Positions 1 through 5,051 of a stretch of DNA of 5,051 nucleotides are shown piece by piece. The stretch is from an uncultured archaeon (GTDB lineage: Archaea; Asgardarchaeota; Lokiarchaeia; Sigyniarchaeales; Promethearchaeaceae). Position numbers and translations under genes: made by a program. Location of the stretch: contig CAYRPF010000005.1 in NCBI GenBank assembly GCA_964426185.1, positions 3,011-8,061 of the forward strand, written 5' to 3'. The notes under the pieces are model-generated. The model was not told the origin of the DNA and did not search any database. It worked only from the letters and a program-made list of their open reading frames with translations. Within the stretch, counting starts at the first letter, position 1, and the number at the start of each line of letters is the position of its first letter.

Positions 1-10
1 AAAACTGGAC

Positions 11-23
11 AAAAAGAAAAAAA
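11..23 (-). terminator. Putative U-tract terminator (TTTTTTTCTTTTT) without a preceding GC-rich hairpin
   Basis: The minus strand reads TGA-TTAATTAACGAG-TTTTTTTCTTTTT, 12 nt after the last gene's stop codon. No stable stem is visible before the tract. The window edge limits the context. Confidence 0.4.
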
Positions 24-35
24 CTCGTTAATTAA

Positions 36-488
36 TCAAAGCCATGGTTCTTTTTCAGTATCTAAAGCCGTTCCATCGATTCCCTTTAAAATTGCTATCT
101 CTTTTTTCAGCAACTTATACAAATACATGGCATTCAAAGGTTTTGGAATGAAAAGATCGCAATTTAACCATTTTTTAGCCTCAGCCGTCTGTGCTTCAAT
201 ATAGATTCCCAGCTCACTGTGCGCCCCAGATAGGGCGATTAAAAAGATGTGCTTAAGATTCTGATTGTGCTTCACACGATAACAGAATCTAAATGCCTTC
301 GCATAATCAGTATCCATATTAATTACAATTATCTGCACACTTTGAGAACCTAATATCTGATAGGCTTCCTCAAACGTTTTTACATGATACAAACTAAAGC
401 CTTTCTCTTCAAATACATCAGTAAATCGATTAATTGAAGGTGAATCTTCCATGTTTATCAACAAAATTGTGCTGTATCCGTATTCCAT
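36..488 (-). CDS. Stand-alone CheY-like receiver-domain protein with a degenerate phosphorylation site (atypical/pseudo-receiver)
   Basis: Receiver (beta/alpha)5 pattern: beta1 TILLINMED, alpha1 then GFSLYHV, EEAYQIL, beta3 VQIIVIN, beta4 IFLIALS (conserved S/T), beta5 DLFIPKP (conserved KP). No output domain. GGAGG at 502-498 lies 9 nt before the ATG; the gene starts 49 nt after the hydA stop on the same strand. Confidence 0.8.
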   Translation of the reverse strand: MEYGYSTILLINMEDSPSINRFTDVFEEKGFSLYHVKTFEEAYQILGSQSVQIIVINMDTDYAKAFRFCYRVKHNQNLKHIFLIALSGAHSELGIYIEAQTAEAKKWLNCDLFIPKPLNAMYLYKLLKKEIAILKGIDGTALDTEKEPWL

Positions 489-497
489 ATTTGTTTT

Positions 498-502
498 CCT
501 CC
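498..502 (-). promoter_or_regulatory. Shine-Dalgarno site (GGAGG) for the receiver-domain gene
   Basis: GGAGG followed by a 9-nt A-rich spacer and ATG 488. Confidence 0.8.
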
Positions 503-537
503 GTTTTCCAAGATTTTATATTCAAAAAGTTTTGGTA

Positions 538-2307
538 TTATTTGGTCCTCCTTTCACTTCTAGGATAATAATGGGTGTGAAGCAAATGATGGGCTTCATG
601 ACTCCCTAATTCTTTCAAGAAGTTAGCATATAAACGCTGCACTGCCGTATTTTCATGTGATAATCTCACAGAATAATGTTTGTCTAGATCATATAGGGCT
701 TGAGCACGTTTTTTGATTACTTCTAAATCCATTCCCCTGGGTTGACCTCCTCCATTAATACAACCTCCAGGACAAGCCATGATTTCGATGAAGTGATAAT
801 TATTCGGATTACCAGCCCGAATTTCATCACAAATAATTCGAGCATTTTTAAGCCCGCTGGCTGCCACGCAGTTGAGTGTCATTTCAGGAGTGATCTGAAT
901 TTTCGCTTTTTTTATTCCCTCAAGGCCTCTGACTTGCGAAATTTCCAAGTTTTCCAAATTCTTTTTATTCACTAACCAATAGGCAGTCCGTAATGCCGCT
1001 TCCATAACACCACCTGAAGTTCCGAAGATCTTTCCCGCTCCAGTACTTTCACCCAAAGGATCATCATACTTAGAATCTGGTAGCATTTTTAGATCAAGCC
1101 CGAATTTCTTGATCATCCGAATTAATTCCCGGGTGGTCAGGACGGCATCTGTATTTGGAAGACCATCATTAACCAACTCAGAGCGCTCTGCTTCGAATTT
1201 CTTGGCCATACACGGCATAATTGCCACTTGGTAAACTCGCTTCGGGTTGATTTGCTTTTTTTCTGCCCAAAAACTCTTGATAATTGCACCTTGCATGCTC
1301 ATAGGTGATTTACAGGTGGACATATGTGGGATTAAGTCTGGAAATTCATGTTCCATAAATTTAATCCAACCAGGACTGCACGTGGAAATTAAGGGTAATG
1401 TTTCGCCGTTTTTTATTCGTTTTACCAGTTCGTTAGCCTCTTCTAAAACAGTTAGATCCGCGCCGAAAACGGTATCAAAAACCGCATTAAAACCCATACG
1501 CTTCAATGCAGTAACTAATTTACCCGAAACATCGGTGCCAACGGGAATTCCGAATTCCTCACCAATAGTAACAGAGATGCTCGGTGCAATTTGGACAGTT
1601 ACTACTGTATTAGGGTCATCAATGGCTTCCATCACTTCGGTACTTACATCACGCTCTTTTAATGCACCTGTTGGACAAACTCTAACACATTGCCCGCAAA
1701 GCACGCAAGAAGATTCATGGATTGTTTTTCCAAAGGTGCTGGTAACAATGGATTCAAATCCCCGTTTGGTTACATCTATAGCGTGAACACTTTGAACTTC
1801 ATCGCAAACTTTTACACACCTCAAACAGAGAATGCACTTATTTGGGTCTCTAACCAATGCCATACTGGTTTGATCCAAAGGATTTTGTCGTTTTGAACCC
1901 AAAAAGCGGTGTCCTCGAATATTATATATCCCCGCCAAATCTTGTAATTCACAATTTCCGTTTCTTTCGCAGTAAAGGCAATCCATATCATGATTTGCAA
2001 CCAAGAGTTCTACAATAACTTTACGAATTGTTTGAATTCTTGGGGTATTCGTATAAATCTTCATTCCATCTTTCACAAATGTGCAACATGATGGGACTGG
2101 TTTCGGTGCACCTTCTATTTCTACCACACATATTCGGCATGATCCAGTAGGTGTGACATCCTCTAAATAACAAAGAGTAGGGATGTGAATGCCGTAATTT
2201 CGGGCTACTTGAAGAATCGTTTGATTATCTTCTGCCTCAATTAGAATATCGTTTATCCATATTTTAACCGGTTTAGGGCTGATTAAATTTGTTGTAGTTG
2301 TTGCCAT
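538..2307 (-). CDS. hydA: [FeFe]-hydrogenase catalytic subunit, group A (A3 by gene context), M3 domain architecture (HydA/HndD-like)
   Basis: H-cluster motifs L1 STCSPGW (1386-1366), L2 MPCMAKKFE (1218-1192) and L3 EIMACPGGCINGGGQP (786-739). Proton-path segment ADLTVLEEANELVKR and GGVMEAALRT are present. N-terminal [2Fe-2S] (PTLC...GSCRIC...SC), His-ligated [4Fe-4S] (HDMDCLYCERNGNC) and two [4Fe-4S] (CILCLRCVKVC, CVLCGQCVRVCP) clusters; fused small-subunit C-terminus (SHEN...LY...AHHLLHTHY). Start moved from 2322 to ATG 2307 because GGAGGAG (2320-2314) lies 6 nt upstream of it. Confidence 0.97.
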   Translation of the reverse strand: MATTTTNLISPKPVKIWINDILIEAEDNQTILQVARNYGIHIPTLCYLEDVTPTGSCRICVVEIEGAPKPVPSCCTFVKDGMKIYTNTPRIQTIRKVIVELLVANHDMDCLYCERNGNCELQDLAGIYNIRGHRFLGSKRQNPLDQTSMALVRDPNKCILCLRCVKVCDEVQSVHAIDVTKRGFESIVTSTFGKTIHESSCVLCGQCVRVCPTGALKERDVSTEVMEAIDDPNTVVTVQIAPSISVTIGEEFGIPVGTDVSGKLVTALKRMGFNAVFDTVFGADLTVLEEANELVKRIKNGETLPLISTCSPGWIKFMEHEFPDLIPHMSTCKSPMSMQGAIIKSFWAEKKQINPKRVYQVAIMPCMAKKFEAERSELVNDGLPNTDAVLTTRELIRMIKKFGLDLKMLPDSKYDDPLGESTGAGKIFGTSGGVMEAALRTAYWLVNKKNLENLEISQVRGLEGIKKAKIQITPEMTLNCVAASGLKNARIICDEIRAGNPNNYHFIEIMACPGGCINGGGQPRGMDLEVIKKRAQALYDLDKHYSVRLSHENTAVQRLYANFLKELGSHEAHHLLHTHYYPRSERRTK

Positions 2308-2313
2308 TTCTTT

Positions 2314-2320
2314 CTCCTCC
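2314..2320 (-). promoter_or_regulatory. Shine-Dalgarno site (GGAGGAG) for hydA
   Basis: It starts 3 nt after the hydB TAA and ends 6 nt before ATG 2307. Confidence 0.8.
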
Positions 2321-2323
2321 ATA

Positions 2324-4405
2324 TTATTCTAAAATTACTGCATTGAACTTGCAGTTGGATTTGCATAATCCGCATTTCACACATTTTTCTTCCACAATAT
2401 AGTGTGCTTGCTTTTTCTCTCCCAGAATTGCATCGTTTGGGCAATTTAATTTGCACAATCCGCACCCAACACATTTTTCTGCATCAATCCTGAAAGATAG
2501 CAGACCGATGCAAGCTTTAGCGGGGCAACGGTTTTCATAAAGATGTGCTTCATATTCATCTCGGAAGTAATTCAAGGTGGTTAGCACAGGGTTTGGGGCA
2601 CTGTTACCTAAGCCACATAAGGCTGTGTCTTTGATAACATACGCGAGTTCTTTCAGAGAGATCATACTTTTCATTCGATCTACGACTTCATAATCATTTT
2701 TCGGCTTTTGTGTCAATTTGGTTAAGATCTCCAATAACCTTCGAGTTCCCTCTCGACATGGAATGCATTTTCCACACGATTCTTCTTGGATAAACTTCAT
2801 GAAAAATCGAGCAGTATCTACCATGCAAGTAGATTCGTCCATGATTACCAAACCACCGGACCCCATCATGGCTCCGACTTCTTTCAGTTCTTCATAATCA
2901 ATAGGTGTGTTAATTAAATGGGCTGGGATGCAACCTCCAGATGGACCACCAATTTGGGCCGCCTTGAATTTCTTTCCATTGGGAATTCCACCCCCGATTT
3001 TAACTATTTCACGAATGGTAATACCCATGGGAACTTCGACCAAACCTGCATGCTTGATTTTTCCAGTCAGAGAAAATACCTTAGTGCCTCTGGATTTATT
3101 GATACCCCACTCTGCGAATTTGGCTGGGCCGTAATTGAGGATTTTAGCGATTTGTGCAATCGTTTCTACGTTATTGATATTTGTTGGATTGCCGTATAAT
3201 CCATAAGTAGCGGGATAGGGTGGTTTGATTCGAGGCATACCACGTTTACCTTCAATAGATTCTATCAATGCGGTTTCTTCTCCACAAACGAATGCACCTG
3301 CACCCTTTTTTATTTCAATTTCAAAATTAAATCCAGAATTTAAGATGTTTTTCCCTAATAATCCTCTTTCTGAGCATATCGAAATAGCATTAGTCAATTG
3401 TTTGATGGCAATGGGATATTCGGCCCTGCAGTAAATGATTCCTTTAGATGCTCCTATGGCATATCCCATGATAATCATTCCTTCAATAACCGAGAAAGGA
3501 TCTGATTCTAAAACAGCCCTGTCCATGAATGCTCCGGGGTCTCCTTCATCTGCATTACATATAACGTATTTTTGTCCGTCTGGGCTTTGGGCATCACGAC
3601 AGAACTGCCATTTTTGACCAGTAGGAAAACCTCCACCACCACGACCACGCAGACCGCTGGTTTTAATATCATCGATCACCTTCTGGGGATTTGCTTCTTC
3701 CAGCACTTCGGCTAAAGCCTTAAAACCATCTTCATAAGCAATATATTCTTCAAATGATCGCGGATTTACCACTCCACAGCGGGAAAGGACAAATTTTTTT
3801 TGATTTTTAAAGAATTCAAAATCTGAAATCAAAGGAATATCGGAAAAATCTTCATCAGAAGAAGATGGTTCCACAGGATATTTGCCTAACACCCATTCCC
3901 TAATAATTTCTTCCTTTTGGAGGGTTCTTTGAATAATTTCGACTACTTTATCCGATGTAATCTGTTTATAAGCCACTCGTGCTTTACCAGGTAATTTAAT
4001 ATCTACAATTGGTTCTAGGAAACATGAACCAACGCAGCCAACGGGGATTATTTCTATATCGAGTTTATATTTCAGTGCTTCCGATCGGAACGTGTCAAAT
4101 GTTGCTTGAGCCCCAGAGGCCAATCCACAAGTTCCCATTCCGATAAATATTATAGGTTTTGAATTTTGAATGTGTTTGGCTTTACGGTATTGATCTTGAG
4201 TAAGTGTGATTGCTTTCTTGTTGATTGTATTCTTACTGTTTGCATTCTTGCTGTTTGCAATCTTGTTGTTTGTATTCTTGCTGTTTGCATTCTTATTGTT
4301 TGTATTTTTATCAATTTCATTTATATTGGTAGATCTTGTTTTCTTTGTCGTTCCTTTTTTACGTGAAATTTTTTCCGTCATCACTTTCATCTCCTTTAAT
4401 TTCAT
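2324..4405 (-). CDS. hydB: NuoF-like FMN/NAD(H)-binding diaphorase subunit (HydB/HndC-like, beta subunit) of a putative electron-bifurcating [FeFe]-hydrogenase
   Basis: Motifs SGLRGRGGGGFPTGQKW, CNADEGDPGAFMDR, GAGAFVCGEETAL, NNVET and SLBB-domain QIGGPSGGC. [4Fe-4S] motif ESCGKCIPC...LCGLG. Cys/His metal site (TCMVD...EAHLYENRCPAKAC). C-terminal 2x[4Fe-4S] ferredoxin domain (CVGCGLCKLNCP, CVKCGLCKSNC). The start is ambiguous: ATG 4405 (ATGA overlap with hydC), or GTG 4384 / ATG 4381 downstream of AAGGAG at 4396-4391. Confidence 0.95.
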   Translation of the reverse strand: MKLKEMKVMTEKISRKKGTTKKTRSTNINEIDKNTNNKNANSKNTNNKIANSKNANSKNTINKKAITLTQDQYRKAKHIQNSKPIIFIGMGTCGLASGAQATFDTFRSEALKYKLDIEIIPVGCVGSCFLEPIVDIKLPGKARVAYKQITSDKVVEIIQRTLQKEEIIREWVLGKYPVEPSSSDEDFSDIPLISDFEFFKNQKKFVLSRCGVVNPRSFEEYIAYEDGFKALAEVLEEANPQKVIDDIKTSGLRGRGGGGFPTGQKWQFCRDAQSPDGQKYVICNADEGDPGAFMDRAVLESDPFSVIEGMIIMGYAIGASKGIIYCRAEYPIAIKQLTNAISICSERGLLGKNILNSGFNFEIEIKKGAGAFVCGEETALIESIEGKRGMPRIKPPYPATYGLYGNPTNINNVETIAQIAKILNYGPAKFAEWGINKSRGTKVFSLTGKIKHAGLVEVPMGITIREIVKIGGGIPNGKKFKAAQIGGPSGGCIPAHLINTPIDYEELKEVGAMMGSGGLVIMDESTCMVDTARFFMKFIQEESCGKCIPCREGTRRLLEILTKLTQKPKNDYEVVDRMKSMISLKELAYVIKDTALCGLGNSAPNPVLTTLNYFRDEYEAHLYENRCPAKACIGLLSFRIDAEKCVGCGLCKLNCPNDAILGEKKQAHYIVEEKCVKCGLCKSNCKFNAVILE
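4216..4305. repeat. In-frame tandem repeat, 6 x 15 bp, inside the 5' extension of hydB
   Basis: Plus-strand units: TCTTGTTGATTGTAT, TCTTACTGTTTGCAT, TCTTGCTGTTTGCAA, TCTTGTTGTTTGTAT, TCTTGCTGTTTGCAT, TCTTATTGTTTGTAT. On the minus strand they encode KNTNN-KNANS-KNTNN-KIANS-KNANS-KNTIN. Confidence 0.95.
4387..4396 (-). promoter_or_regulatory. Shine-Dalgarno-like site (AAGGAGATGA) for an internal hydB start at 4384 or 4381
   Basis: GGAGATGA matches the extended SD GGAGGTGA at 7 of 8 positions. GTG and ATG follow GGAG by 6 and 9 nt respectively. Confidence 0.55.
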
Positions 4406-4854
4406 TTGTATTTCCGTAGGATTTTCTTGACATCGCTTGGAGAAACGTTTCCATAAAAGTCGGAATCAATATTTACTACTGGGCTTAATGCACAAGCTCC
4501 CAAACAAGCGACCAAATTAAAAGTAAATCGACCATCCTTTGTGGTTTCTCCTGCTTTACACTTTAATTCTTGTTCAAAAACCGGGATCAATTTTTCCGAC
4601 CCTTTAACATGGCATGCTGTGCCGGTGCACAAGTTAATTACATGGCGACCTAATGGCTCGAGTCGAAATTGAGCGTAAAATGTTGCAACTCCATAGATTT
4701 TTGATGATGGCAGATTTAGGTATTCTGCTATTTCATAGGTATTATCTTCAGAGATGTATCCGTATTCACTCTGTACGGCTTGGAGCACTGGAATCAATTC
4801 TGAAGCATCTCCTTGCTTGAAACGGGAGAGGACATCTGATATTTTTGCTGGCAT
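4402..4854 (-). CDS. hydC: NuoE-like thioredoxin-fold [2Fe-2S] subunit (HydC/HndA-like, gamma subunit) of a multimeric [FeFe]-hydrogenase
   Basis: NuoE-family motifs LIPVLQAVQSEYGYI and IYGVATFYAQF, plus four Cys ligands in CTGTAC and CLGAC. The ORF track starts at 4914, but ATG 4854 (MPAKISDVL, 150 aa) is preferred because GGAGGT lies at 4872-4867 and the first 20 aa of the longer ORF show no recognisable family similarity. The TGA stop overlaps the first ATG of hydB (ATGA). Confidence 0.93.
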   Translation of the reverse strand: MPAKISDVLSRFKQGDASELIPVLQAVQSEYGYISEDNTYEIAEYLNLPSSKIYGVATFYAQFRLEPLGRHVINLCTGTACHVKGSEKLIPVFEQELKCKAGETTKDGRFTFNLVACLGACALSPVVNIDSDFYGNVSPSDVKKILRKYK

Positions 4855-4866
4855 TAGTTTTTTTAA

Positions 4867-4872
4867 ACCTCC
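4867..4872 (-). promoter_or_regulatory. Shine-Dalgarno site (GGAGGT) for hydC
   Basis: GGAGGT lies 12 nt upstream of ATG 4854; the spacing is somewhat long. Confidence 0.65.
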
Positions 4873-4930
4873 AGAAAGTTTTTTATTTCGATTTTCAAAG
4901 GATAAAATCGACATTAGATTAATTGATTTG

Positions 4931-5034
4931 TATCATGATAGCTATGGAAAGAATACTTAATAATGATGAGAAATCGTAACATAATGGATCATTATAGATC
5001 ATTTTATTGCATAAGTGTTATTCCATAATATAAA
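4931..5034 (-). promoter_or_regulatory. Probable promoter/operator region of the hyd operon
   Basis: AT-rich non-coding region upstream of hydC. The minus strand has TATAAT at 4996-4991 (no recognisable -35) and TATA-like TTTATATT at 5034-5027 (no clear BRE). Several palindromes and inverted repeats are present. The actual promoter cannot be assigned from sequence alone. Confidence 0.35.
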
Positions 5035-5051
5035 TGCGTCATACTGAAAAA

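Noticed and set aside
2283-2474. 63-aa Cys-containing minus-strand ORF bridging hydB and hydA
   Set aside because: It is an alternative frame over the hydB ferredoxin domain. Both flanking genes are intact, and there is no SD or evidence of a frameshift.
742-3617. Plus-strand ORFs 742-975, 1247-1786, 1690-1896, 2907-3134, 2918-3199, 3225-3434 and 3435-3617
   Set aside because: All lie entirely antisense to highly conserved hydA/hydB coding sequence and show no recognisable motifs; they are typical shadow ORFs.
4216-4305. Possible CRISPR array
   Set aside because: The units are contiguous 15-mers with no unique spacers, lie in frame within a CDS, and no cas genes are present.
4166-4366. Plus-strand ORF with periodic Cys (VCIL repeats)
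   Set aside because: This is another antisense frame of the same 15-bp repeat; the periodicity is explained by the repeat.
4206-4430. Very hydrophobic plus-strand ORF (FLLFAFLLF repeats) resembling a membrane peptide or toxin
   Set aside because: It is the antisense reading of the A-rich Lys/Asn repeat of hydB. T-rich codons automatically give Phe/Leu, and no SD is visible.
538-4854. Selenocysteine or other recoding in the Fe-S subunits
   Set aside because: All three reading frames are uninterrupted and full-length relative to their families, with no in-frame TGA at Cys positions.
538-4914. Annotation as respiratory complex I nuoE/nuoF/nuoG or as formate dehydrogenase
   Set aside because: The third gene has all three H-cluster motifs and no molybdopterin-type domain, and no membrane nuo genes are adjacent.
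4855-4914. 20-aa N-terminal extension of HydC (MSILSFENRNKKLSGGLKKL)
   Set aside because: It contains the GGAGGT SD for ATG 4854 and is more likely 5' UTR. A leaderless start at 4914 cannot be fully excluded.
4754-4960. 68-aa plus-strand ORF
   Set aside because: It is antisense to the hydC 5' end and leader, with no motif or SD.
4915-5051. Rex operator or canonical sigma70 promoter
   Set aside because: No TTGTGAA-N4-TTCACAA-like site was found, and the TATAAT at 4996-4991 has no TTGACA-like -35 at about 17 nt and no TGn extension.

Overview
AT-rich window holding one complete four-gene operon on the minus strand. The order is hydC (NuoE-like [2Fe-2S] subunit), hydB (NuoF-like FMN/NAD(H) subunit with extra Fe-S domains), hydA (group A, M3-architecture [FeFe]-hydrogenase catalytic subunit), and a stand-alone CheY-like receiver protein. 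The first three genes form a heterotrimeric group A3 (HydABC-type) [FeFe]-hydrogenase, and HydB carries the motifs associated with electron bifurcation. Non-standard points: (i) the receiver protein has Asn at the phosphoacceptor Asp position, so it looks like a pseudo-receiver; (ii) HydB has a HydD/HndB-type 3-Cys N-terminal domain preceded by a basic extension containing a 6 x 15-bp in-frame tandem repeat; (iii) the H-cluster L1 motif reads STCSPGW; (iv) the operon ends in a hairpin-less T-tract, weakly suggesting an archaeal host; (v) the upstream region has nested inverted repeats. No maturase genes (hydEFG), sensor kinase, RNA genes, mobile elements or CRISPR arrays are visible. The plus-strand ORFs appear to be antisense shadows.
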